DNA of 64,000 nt, from NCBI GenBank assembly GCA_013265495.1, contig MU059330.1:14145980-14209979 (forward strand), in the 5' to 3' direction. Made by a program: the position numbers and the translations under genes. The notes under the pieces are model-generated. The model searched no databases. It worked only from the letters and a program-made list of their open reading frames with translations, and was not told the DNA's origin. This document shows, one piece after another, positions 45,101 to 54,800 of the stretch. Numbering within the stretch: the first letter of the stretch is position 1; every line of letters begins with the position of its first letter. This DNA comes from Vicugna vicugna (lineage: Eukaryota).

Positions 45101-46813
45101 GGTACCTGCAGACACGTGCACACACACATGCTCCTATGTGCACGTGCCGCACGTAGACAAACGCCTGACAGGCACGCACGAGCCCAGGTGCACATGGCAC
45201 CCGCACGTGAGCGCGTTCCGACCGGACACTCCCTGACGCAGCGCCGTCTCCTAGGTTCCACGCGTGCGTGCTGCAGCTGCCCTTTAATCAGCCGGTTAGG
45301 CGGAATCCCGCGTTCTTCCTCCGGGTCGTCTCCGACACCGCATCCCGCGCCTACTCCCTCCTGAAAGCCAGGAACGCAGGTGCGCCAGTGAACAGGGCAG
45401 GGAAGGTGGGTCTGCGGGTCGCCAGGGTGCTGTGAAGGGAGGGTGCTCCCCACACACCCCGCTGCCTGCTATGTGCCCCGCGGCCACAGCAGCCCCCCTC
45501 ACGTGCTGCCCTCAGCTCTCCTGCCCTCTGCTGCGTGACTGGAGGGAGCGGGACACTGGGAACCTCCTGGTGGTCCTTCCTGCTTCCCTGGCTCGCTCTG
45601 CCTGCTCTGGGCAGGGCCTGCTCCCCCGGCGCTCGGGGTGCTCGCACATCCAGGCCTGTGGTCGGGAGGAGGCCCGGTGCCGCCGGCTGCCCCTGGGCCA
45701 CCGCTGCCCACCTCGGGGAGGAGCCCAGTGAGGGACGCCCCTGCCAGCCACACAGCCGTCTCTGCTTGGGATGCAGCCTGCTTGGCGTCCTGTCCCCCTC
45801 CGCCCGCCCCAGAGCTCTCGTCAGAGCCCCGCCCACGGGCATTTCTGGTCCCTGTGAGATTTGGGCCGAATGTGTCTCCGAGGTCCTGGTTTAGCCGACT
45901 TCGCTTTTGTTACTTCTCTTTGTGAAGTTTCTTTGGAGCAGGTGACTGGAACATTTCAGTCATCAGAATCCCCCGGTGCCCGCGTAGGGGTGGCCCTGGA
46001 AGTGAAGTCTCCTGTTTGCCCCCCACCCCATGTCCCCACTTCTGTGCCAAGCCTGGAGGGACCCCTTGGTCTCCCCTGGGAGGAGCGCTGGGGCGGGGGG
46101 CCGGGCAGGGTCTCAGCCTCTCCACATGTCCCCTCAGGGACATCACTGGGGGCCCAGGGCGCCTCAGGCCCGTTTCCTTTGGAAGCCGCACAGTGGCTCT
46201 GCCTGCATGCCTTCCGGCTCAAGCTGGCTGGTCACCACATCACCTACAGCTGCCTGCTGGGGCCGCTCCGGGCAGGTGAGCGTGGGCGGAGTGGGGTACA
46301 GGACCTGCTCCTCCCGTGCGCACGCGTCACTGGACCGCTGGGCTCCTCTGTGTCAGAGGAGCAAGTGCCCATAGGGTTGTGGGCCCCTCCCTCATCCAAG
46401 GACCTGGCACGTCTGCCCAGGTCACAGCACCTCCCACTCCCCGTCTCTGAGGCCAGCCCCCCACCCTGGGGACCTCATCTCCCCTCAGTGCTCCTCCAGC
46501 CCCGCCACCTGTGTGTCTCCTTGGGCCTCTGCCTGGCTGCCCCCCATCTTGCCCCTAGCTGAGGCTCCCACCACCCCAAGTCCGCCTGCACACAGTAGGG
46601 GCTCAGCCTGACACAGGCACCTGCCCAGCCCCAGAGTGCCCCCGGCCCCAGCCCCGGTGTCCTCTGGCTGCTTCTGGGAGGAGGCCTGATCTCAGTCACC
46701 TCCTTGCAGCCAGCGCACAGCTGTGCCGGCGGCTCCCGAGGGCCACACTGGCCGCCCTGGAAGCAGCCGTCGACCCTGCCCTGACCGCAGACTTTAAGAC
46801 CATCTTGGACTGA
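28584..46813 (+). CDS. TERT: Telomerase reverse transcriptase, complete 16-exon CDS, 3402 nt / 1133 aa
   Basis: Exons 28584-28802, 28893-30246, 33473-33668, 34869-35049, 35841-36020, 36675-36833, 38296-38391, 38888-38973, 39645-39758, 40166-40237, 41098-41286, 42850-42976, 43351-43412, 45255-45379, 46138-46275, 46710-46813. Motifs intact: T (FFYVTE), 1/2 (LRFLPK, LRPIVN), A ([10 protein letters not shown]), B' (QGVPQGS), C (LVDDFL), E (WCGLL); ends DFKTILD*. Confidence 0.99.
28893..30246 (+). CDS. TERT: TERT exon 2
   Basis: [15 protein letters not shown]...ETKHFLYC...[22 protein letters not shown]; 1354 nt. Confidence 0.97.
31690..32800 (-). mobile_element. Old L1M remnant, antisense in TERT intron 2
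   Basis: T-rich plus strand; segment 32230-32410 resembles the reverse complement of the ORF2 endonuclease start; boundaries approximate. Confidence 0.55.
32861..32990 (+). mobile_element. tRNA-Ala(AGC)-derived SINE (camelid vic-1 type) in TERT intron 2
   Basis: GGGAGGGTGTAGCTCAGTGGTAGAG...TTAGCATGCAGGAGGCCCTGCGTTCAGTCCCCGGTACCTCCA plus (TAAA)n and poly-A tail; A box and degenerate B box. Confidence 0.9.
33473..33668 (+). CDS. TERT: TERT exon 3 (T motif)
   Basis: [66 protein letters not shown]. Confidence 0.97.
34869..35049 (+). CDS. TERT: TERT exon 4 (motifs 1/2)
   Basis: [16 protein letters not shown]...[20 protein letters not shown]...RDKK; weak donor |gtcacc. Confidence 0.93.
35841..36020 (+). 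CDS. TERT: TERT exon 5
   Basis: [32 protein letters not shown]...PPLYFVK. Confidence 0.96.
36675..36833 (+). CDS. TERT: TERT exon 6 (motif A)
   Basis: [39 protein letters not shown]...FKRH. Confidence 0.97.
37420..37890 (-). mobile_element. L1 fragments antisense in TERT intron 6 (ORF1-like piece 37420-37575, L1 3' end 37580-37890)
   Basis: tgtgtcagtttctggtg...gatactgaatatagttccctgtgctgtacagga is a typical reversed L1 3'UTR end. Confidence 0.75.
38296..38391 (+). CDS. TERT: TERT exon 7
   Basis: [32 protein letters not shown]. Confidence 0.96.
38888..38973 (+). CDS. TERT: TERT exon 8
   Basis: [29 protein letters not shown]. Confidence 0.95.
39645..39758 (+). CDS. TERT: TERT exon 9 (motif B')
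   Basis: [38 protein letters not shown]. Confidence 0.97.
40166..40237 (+). CDS. TERT: TERT exon 10 (motif C)
   Basis: [23 protein letters not shown]. Confidence 0.97.
41098..41286 (+). CDS. TERT: TERT exon 11 (motifs D/E)
   Basis: [22 protein letters not shown]...[20 protein letters not shown]. Confidence 0.97.
42850..42976 (+). CDS. TERT: TERT exon 12
   Basis: [42 protein letters not shown]. Confidence 0.97.
43351..43412 (+). CDS. TERT: TERT exon 13
   Basis: [21 protein letters not shown]. Confidence 0.96.
45255..45379 (+). CDS. TERT: TERT exon 14
   Basis: [41 protein letters not shown]. Confidence 0.96.
46138..46275 (+). CDS. TERT: TERT exon 15
   Basis: [45 protein letters not shown]. 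Confidence 0.95.
46710..46813 (+). CDS. TERT: TERT exon 16 (coding part)
   Basis: [36 protein letters not shown] 46811-46813. Confidence 0.96.
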
Positions 46814-47528
46814 CGGTCAGCCCTCCTTGCAGCCTGAAGCCCCAGAGCCCCGTTCCCACCCGATTCCACATCCTGGAGGGGGCCAGCTGCACTGCGAGGT
46901 AGGGGTCTCCCTGGAGACCCTGGGGGAGGTTCGGCCCCCAGGTCCTCAGGGAAGCAGGGCCTGCCCACCGTGACCCCCAGCGACTGGGGCCCACCCTTCA
47001 CCTGCTGACCTCTGGGAGGAGGCAAGTGGGAGAGCCTGGCTGGGGCATTGGCATCTGGACAAGGAGTGTTGGGGACACCTGTCACTCACTTCTCCTGGTC
47101 TGGAGTGATGGCACGTGTCCCCGAGGGCACGGGGAGGCCTGCAGGGGCTCGGTGGTGGGCGTGGGCTCCCGCCGACCCGTGTGGCGCCCCAGCTTGAGCC
47201 GTCCTCCTGCCCCAGGAGCAGCACCTGCCCCCCGTCCCCGCCCCCACCAGCTACATCCAAAGTTCACGCCCCACTGAACTTTCCCCAGAAGCAAGCGGGC
47301 CCAGTCAGCTGTCTGAGGCCTGTCTCCACCCGGCCTTGCCCTGGCCTCTGGCCTCGCCCGGCTCCCACCCCCTCTTCCTGACTTCCACGCTGGTCCTCGC
47401 TCAGCACGGGCCCCAGGTCCCCCTGGTGGTACTCCGCCCCGCCTCCTAGCCCCCACGCCTCACCCCCGTGAGGAAGATAGTGAACCTCTGTTGTTTGTGT
47501 AGGTTTAAATTTTTCTCTTAGTCTTTGT

Positions 47529-47534
47529 ATTAAA
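47529..47534 (+). terminator. TERT: TERT polyadenylation signal ATTAAA
   Basis: ATTAAA in the only AT-rich patch after the stop, about 715 nt downstream, with TGTA directly upstream and GT-rich sequence downstream. Confidence 0.7.
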
Positions 47535-50104
47535 TTGTGTGCCAATAAGTACCGTGTTCTGTAATTATAGAAAAGTGCGCCTTTGTTGGTGTGTGTGGGT
47601 GGTGCGCGTGGGCCACTGGCCTGGACAAGGTCGGAGGGGATTTCCTGGGGTGGGATGTGAGGGAGGGAGGTACTCCCATGGGGCAGGTGCAGCTGGGCAG
47701 CGGGTGGGGAGGCCCCGGCCAGGCACCCACCGTCTTGCAGCTGGCGCTGGCCAAGCTGCTTGGACGCTCAAGAGTGGACAGGGCAGTTCTCTGGTCCGGG
47801 ACAGTAGGATTCCTCCTGAGTGCATTTCTCTGGCCATGATCTTCATGGTGGACCACGTGATTCTCATCTTTCCGGAGGGTTCTGTGGAGTCAGCAGTGAG
47901 GGCCATGGACACGGGTCCAAGTCCAGCCCTGTCCCTTCCCCGATGCTGCAGTCTCCTGACCTGTCCCCGTGTTTTGGACCCAGGGAGGGGGACGAGCTCA
48001 GGCAGTCAGTCTGTATGTGTCCCCCTGTCTGCCCCCTCTGCCATCCAGGCTCCTGAATGGTGAAGTGACCCTGCCTCTCCTATTCCTGCATCCTGGCCAC
48101 TGTGGGATTCCTTCTGTCCTGTGCTGTCATGTCCACTTAGCTGAGCTCAAGCATCATGCCCAGGGAGGTGCATGTTAGACTTGGGAACGTGGTGTCACAG
48201 AAATGGGGGCTCTGCAGAGGGGAGCTCCTTGGGTCCCTGAGGGTGAGTTCTCCAAGGGATACACCTGAGGTCCTCCCTGCATTGGGTGGGGCAGAAGGGG
48301 CAGCAGGAAGGGCTGGGAACATGGCACTCTGCTCAAGGTTAAGGGTCATGCTTTGAAAGGTGGGGCTGGGTGGAAAACCTCGGGGAGAACAGGTGGGCCC
48401 CAGGTCGAGGAGAGATGTGGTCAGAGATGTGTGCACTGGCTGCAAGGAGGTGATTGAGATCAGGGACTAGGTGGTGGCCAGGGTCCCCAGAAGGAGTTTA
48501 TCAGAGGCAAGGGGCAGGTTTCCCCCTGAGCCCCGAGTCCCCTGAGGGGTGAATCACACTGGGGCTGCCCCTCCCCCAAGTTTTTGGCTCAGCACTTCTG
48601 GGATGGGGCTCAGGAATTTGAATTTTAAACTAGTTCCTGAAGCTGCTGGTGGGTGGGGAGGTTTGGAGGCTGGCCTGGGGGCTGTCTTCTCTGGTGACCC
48701 TGGTGCAGAGCAGACAGCGGCTGGCTTAGTCCTCGGTCAGGGTCAGGAGTTTGGAGGTGGGGAAGGGTGAGGTTGTGCGGACACAGCTCAGCCGGCAGGG
48801 AGAAGGGACTGGAGGGTGTGGAGGGGCTGGTTTGAGAACAGAGAGGTGCCCTTCTCACAGTAGCCTGTCAGAGCCCCTCTGTGTCCCTGGTCAGATCCCC
48901 GCCTTCTGCGTCCACCCCAGCCTCAGATCCCTGTGAGGTGCCCCAAGAGAAAGAATCCATTGTCCAGGGAGCAGCGGGGTTTTCTCGGGATGAGCCAGGC
49001 TGCCCTGCCGTGACTTTGCCGAGGCTGTGCCTTCAGACCACTGCGGGGGCCTGAACAGGAGGGGGCGGCTCAGGGTGGGACCTGTGGGTGGGCTCTCTGC
49101 CTGGTGCTCCGGGGCAGCACAAAGCCGGTCAGTGGCGTTTTGATGACAGTGAGCAATTCCCCGGCTTCCTCCTGGGGTGTCGCTGACGGGGCCACTTGGA
49201 GTACACCTTGGATGGGTCGTTGCTAATGCAGACCAAACGGGCTGAGCGTGAGAGCAGGGTGTCTGCCGCAGCTTATAGCCGAGGCCTGTTTACTGCCACT
49301 GCCGACCGCATCCGAGTGATGGAGCTGATGTGTTTATGACGGACGCAAGTCCACAGAGCCCGTCGCGAGCGCAGGAGAGATGACCAGAGAGGGGCTGGCG
49401 CCACCCGCCCCACGAGCTGGCCCTGCGGGGCCCTCACTGGGGAGGGCTGGCCCACTGCCCAGGGCGGAGGACACTCCGTGCAGGGGGACGTGTCCCGCTG
49501 ACCCACCACGGCCGCCGCGGGCTCCCGGCACCCCGGCCTGTGTCTGGCATTTCCTTGACAGACAGACCCAAGAGGCCAGTCAGCACTGCTCTAACTTCAG
49601 CTCCCAGAACCCTGTTTCTCTAGCAAATGCGTTTTGCCAGGTTTCCCCTCAGAATCACTTGTAGTTTCACCTGGAGAAGGCGTGTGCTCTGCTCCATCTC
49701 AGCTGGGTAAGACCTCTTTCTGGTTTATCTCGTTTTTAAAAGCACCATGCAGACTGCCAGTTCTCCTCAGGGTGCCCCATGAAAATAATCAAATTTGAGA
49801 AGCAAAGGAAAAGAATCTAGTTTTTCAGGTTTCCCCAGGTCTAAAAGGCCCGTGAGGAAGCTCATTCACTCGTGTGTCCCTGGACATGGGTGCAGCAAGA
49901 CCAGTTCAAGACTAGAAAGGCGTGAAAGGGCACAGACGGTGCCCCTGGCCCCCAAGCAGTGCCGAGTGCTCATCCCCCTGCCCCTCCCTCGACACTGAAA
50001 CCCCGGCATGTGCTCTGCGCTGGGCCATGGGACCCTCCCCTGTGAAGGTCGCTGTAGAGCAAAGGGCTTCCCAAACCTGGCAGCTCAGAGTACCCCGGGC
50101 CTTC

Positions 50105-50590
50105 GTGGGAGGCAGAATAACGACCCCCAAAGATGCCCCCGCCCCAATCCTGGAACCCCAGAGTACGTCACCCAACGTGGCAAAGGGGCATTACGGTGCA
50201 GGTGGAATTCGTAACTAATCAGCTGTCCTTAAGAGGGGATGTGAGCCCAGTGTGAGCACAAGGTCCCTGAAAGTGGAGGAGGGAGGCTGGAGAGGCAGCG
50301 AGTCCAAGAGATGCAGCGCGAGAAGACTCACAACCGCTGCTGGCTTTTCCACAGAAGAGGCCATGGACCACAGAGTGCGGCGTGGGGCAAAGTGCAGGGC
50401 CTGCCTTCCCTGCGGGGCTCAGGACTCACTTCGGGGCGCTCTTGCGTTGACTGCCGTTTAATGTGCAGCTCCCCTCAGGCACGCGGTAGTGCACGGGCTC
50501 TGTCTGCTCTGGGATCTGGCTGCCTGGGCGCCGCCGCTTAAACCCGCCCTGGTGCCCTGCAGGCTGCAGTGTTTCAGCACCACGGACAGC
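50105..50590 (+). mobile_element. MaLR LTR (MLT1D-like)
   Basis: ggcagaataacgacccccaaagatgccc...aatcctggaacc...cgtggcaaaggggc matches the MLT1D 5' end; boundaries approximate. Confidence 0.75.
50457..50462 (-). terminator. SLC6A18: Candidate SLC6A18 polyA signal (ATTAAA on minus strand)
   Basis: Plus-strand TTTAAT about 1.2 kb past the stop; a variant AATACA at 51627-51622 is an alternative; cannot choose without 3' data. Confidence 0.3.
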
Positions 50591-51686
50591 GACCGCTGGC
50601 CCGAGGCTCGTTAACGGTGCTCGGAGGGACGTGTTCCCAGCAAGACGCCAAGGACACAGCGGTCGCCACGGAGGCGGAGGCGAGTCTCAGGCAGGCCTGG
50701 GTGTCCAGCCCCCGGGCGTCTTAGAACCTGACTGCTGGAGGAGGGGCAGAGGGGAGGAAGGATGGAGGAATAGAGGAGGGAGGGAGGAGGAGCAGGCGGA
50801 GGCACTTGGAGGTACTCCGAGGGCCCAGAACAGGCCGGGTCGTGGCTGAGGGCTGCTCAGAGGGCTCAGCACAGGGAAGGGCCGGCCGACCGTGAGGGGA
50901 GATGTCCTTCCTCTGTAGACAGTGGAATCCTGCGTGATAATCGGCCCTTTTGTTCACTCCTAACACACACTGACCCTGAGGAATTCTCGGAAAAACAAAA
51001 TGCCGTGTTTCTGAGCTAAACCTGGGAAGAGCCGGTCACCCCCCACCCCCTGGCTTTCTGGGCCGTGATGCCCTGGCCAGTTGAGAGCGGGGCGTCTGTG
51101 CCTCCGTGGCGATTCTCTGAGTACAGGTCACCCAAGCCTCGGTCCCAGACAGACCCCCTCTCCTGTGAGCTTCCCCATCGCGTGGGCAGTCATGGCATGC
51201 CCTCCTCAGGACCCCAGGGCTCTGGGTAGAGCAAGGAGCTTCTAGGGGGCCAAGCCTCCCTTCACAGCTCAGGGGAGAGAACGCTGTCTGCTTTTCCTCA
51301 GGGACTGGCCCTGCTGGTTCCCAGACTCACGGGCCCTCAGTGGAGAAGCGTGTCTGGGCTTTCCCAGTGGCCCCGTCTCCACCCTGACCGTTGGGACCCC
51401 AGCTGTTTTGCCTGTGGACTCGCCGGGTAAGTGCAGGGCCACCCAGATGCCCCAGGCAGGACCCCAGACTGCAGGGCCCAGGAGCCGCACAGCGGGCTGT
51501 CTCTGGTTGGAGAAGGGCGTGGACTGCGATGTCAGAGCTGGTCTGTGCCCTGAGGTGGTCTGGAGGCTGAGGTGGTGTCGGAAGCAAAGACCATGGGTCT
51601 CGGAGTCGCTGGGGGTAAGTGTGTATTGGGGTTGGGCTGCGAGGCCCGCAGGCTGGACCCCCGCCCCCGCCGCCCCAGCCCCGCCC

Positions 51687-51878
51687 TCAGCAGACCCCGC
51701 CATCCTGCAGCTTTGGGCCCACGTCCTGCTGCACGTCTTGTTGCTTCCGTCGGCGCCGGGCGAGCAGCTGGACCAGGGCGACCGCCGGGACACTCAGTGC
51801 AGGCAGGAAGGACAGGAGCACGCAGATGGCCTGCACCCAGCCCGGGTAGGGCTTCTCCTGCCGCGAGGGAAACTGCTC
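51687..51878 (-). CDS. SLC6A18: SLC6A18 exon 12 (coding part)
   Basis: [63 protein letters not shown]; TGA at 51689-51687. Confidence 0.93.
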   Translation of the reverse strand, partial: EQFPSRQEKPYPGWVQAICVLLSFLPALSVPAVALVQLLARRRRKQQDVQQDVGPKLQDGGVC

Positions 51879-54800
51879 CTACAGGGACACAGGCCGAGAG
51901 GTGGGCGCCCCCCACCCCAGACGTGGAACTGTGTGGGGGCAGCTTCATCCCGGCTCTTCCCGAAATGAAGCACCCAGCGTGGGTGGCTGCGAAAGGCACA
52001 CAGCCAGGGACCACTCCGTGGGCTCAGGCAGCCGATGTTTTGGGACTCGGGGCCGAGCCTCTCATGGCGACTGGGCACTGAGAAACAGGCCTGGAATCTG
52101 GGGCATCTTGTTCTGGAGAGAGCCGCCCACACCGGGGCTCTCAGGGCTGCCCTGTCCTGACCTGCTAGGCATTGTCGGACCCCGTGCTCCCTCTGTAAGG
52201 GGGCAGCACCACCCACCCAAGCTCAGGCGAGGTTCTGAGCCGCAAGAGGGGCAGCAGGTCGGCCAGGCCCACGCGGCTCCCAGTGCAGCCTGGGGCCAAG
52301 ATTTGGAGCCAGAGTCCGCCGGCCAGCTGCGTGGCTGGTTTCTTGTCTGGGACCAGGCTGGGCATCCCCACTGCACGTGTGAAATTTGGCTGGAAGCCAC
52401 TTCCCTGTGGGAGGGGCTACAGGGACCCGTGAGGTTGCCAGAGTCTGGAAGCGGCTCCTGTCCTCCCACCACTTGCCCAAGGTCACTGGGGCTGCAGGAA
52501 TCAAACTGTCACCCCCGAGGGCGTCTGGGGTCAAGGGTCTCAGAGCAGAAGCAGCCCCCATAGTCCTTAGGGCGTGAATGCCCACCGAGGGGTCCTCTGG
52601 GTCCTGGGTGGCACCAGGGCAGGGCCAGCCGGGTCTGAGGCGGTCCCCGGGCTCCCGCTCCCTGCCCAAAGGACCTACGTATTGGGGGTTCCAGGCCTTG
52701 TAGCTCGGCGGCGTGCTGGCCAGGAGGGAAATGTAGGCCACGAAGATGGTCAGCAGCAGCAGGGGGCTGACAACCTTCCAGGTCACCTGCCAGTAGAGGC
52801 CAGGCCGCCTCCCAGTCATCCACGCGATATCATCACAGAACCTGCCACGGAGACACTGGGCTCGGCTCCACCCACCCAGCCAGCGGCCTCCGTGACCCCA
52901 AGACTTGGCCCATGGGGGCCGCCCCACCTCCACTCTGACCTTTGCCCCATGTCTTCCTGAGTGTCCCCAGACGAGGCAGCCTTCTGGGGTCCTAATGAGG
53001 ACCCAGCCTCCAGGTAGATGGGTGAGAAAGGCCAGTGGGCGAGGGTCAGCCCAGTTGAGGGAGAGGGAGGACTTCCACCCTGGGGGTGACTCCAGCTCTG
53101 GTGGAGCAGTGGCACGCCCCAGGGGAAGGTGGTGCCTGACCCAGGCCCCGGGGGTGGGGACAGAGGCTCAGGATATGCAACACCTCTGCAGACGCGGAGA
53201 AGGTGCCCCGCCTCATGGCCCCTCCCCTGCCTGCACAGCCCCACAGCTCTGCTCCTCCCAGCTCCGGAGTGTCTTCTTCTGAGGCCCCATGGCCAGTTGA
53301 GTCCACGGGCTCACTGTTCCTCCTCATCGCCGCTGGACCCTGCCTCTCATGCCTGCCTCTCGAGGTGGGCAGCGTCCCGCAGGGACAAGCCCACTGTCCC
53401 CGTGCCCAGATTGCTGCAGTGGAGGCCATGGCATCAGGGTCTCTCGGGACCTCTTAGAACACGGGACAGAGGTCACAACCTCTAGGCTCGTTGGGCAGGG
53501 CTACTGCCAGGGTGGCAGGTGTGAGTGCAGGTATGAGTCTCGATGTGAGTGAAGGTGTGAGTGTCAGGTGTGCGGCAGGCCCGGGCCAGGTGTGGGTGGG
53601 CAGGACCGGTGTGTGACCTCCAGGAGGGCAGGGCTTGGAACCCTGGCCGGGCCTCCTGGTGCCCTAGTGCACACCTGCACTTGGACGTCAGGAGTCCACC
53701 ATGTGGCTGGAGACTGACGTTTGTCGCTGGCCTCCCCGCAGCCAGGCAGGGCGGGGTCCCGTGTCATCCTGCAGCTGCCCGCGACTCCTGCACCGTGCAC
53801 TTCCGGATGCTCGGAGCAGAAAGGCGGGACCCCAGGGACTCACCGTTTCATCCCGTAGACATAAATGACCCCGACCACTTCGAAGAAGGCAAAGAGGATC
53901 AGGTTCAAGGAAGCGGCATAGTGGTCGAAAATCTCGAGCCAGTAGCTTCCAGACTGCAGCGTGAAGCAGGTGGCCGAGACGAAGCAGACCAGGCAGGCCA
54001 GCCCTGGACACGACCCCACACCTCAGGCGGTCGCCCTGGCGCTGCCCTCCCAGCTCTTCCCACTGCCTGTCATGTCCGCTCCTCCTGGCCACGTGCCCCT
54101 GCGCTCTGGGAGCCAGGGGACAAGCTCAGATGGCCGTGTCCTCAGTGGGCAGTGCAGGACAGGGTCCCTGGCCCCTGACTCCCTGACCCTCGGCTCCCCT
54201 GTGACAACCCTCGGGACGTGGCGTCAGAGCTGCAGGGTGCGGCCTCCATGGGGACAGGGCCCAGAAGCCCACCTGGAGGAGGGGCGTCTGGAGAGTGACA
54301 GGCCCCGCAGGGAGGTGGCTGTCCACTCACCGGTCAGGAGCTCCTTGGGGACCCCTCTGGGCATGACCCCCAAGTCCAGGAGCGGTGTGATGACACTTTC
54401 CATGTTCCCAAACATGGACGACAGGCCCAGGGTGAACAGCATCCCGAAGAAGAGCACGGCCCAGCCGGGCGCCCCGGGCATGTGGAGGACGGCCTCGGCG
54501 AAGACGATGAAGGCCAGGCCCGTGCCTGCGGCGCTCTGCAGGGCGGCGCAGGGAGGGGGTGGCACACGCCCGCACCGGGCCTTGCGCACAGGCATGCCCC
54601 GCCCCAGGACACGCATACCAGCACCTGCCCCTGGCACCAGGCTGGGGTGGTGGCCCTGCCCTGTGCGAGCCGTGTCGTAACAAACTTCAGGAGCACCTCT
54701 GGAGCTGGGGGAGCCTGTTCCCCCGCATAACCAGCAGCCAGCAGGGGACGTGGGGCCTGGGGACCTGGGCTCAGGTGCCGGTCAGATGGCTGCCCACCCA

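Noticed and set aside
51532-52014. Apparent frameshift in SLC6A18 exon 12 suggested by overlapping ORFs
   Set aside because: Manual translation from 51878 stays in frame to TGA 51689-51687
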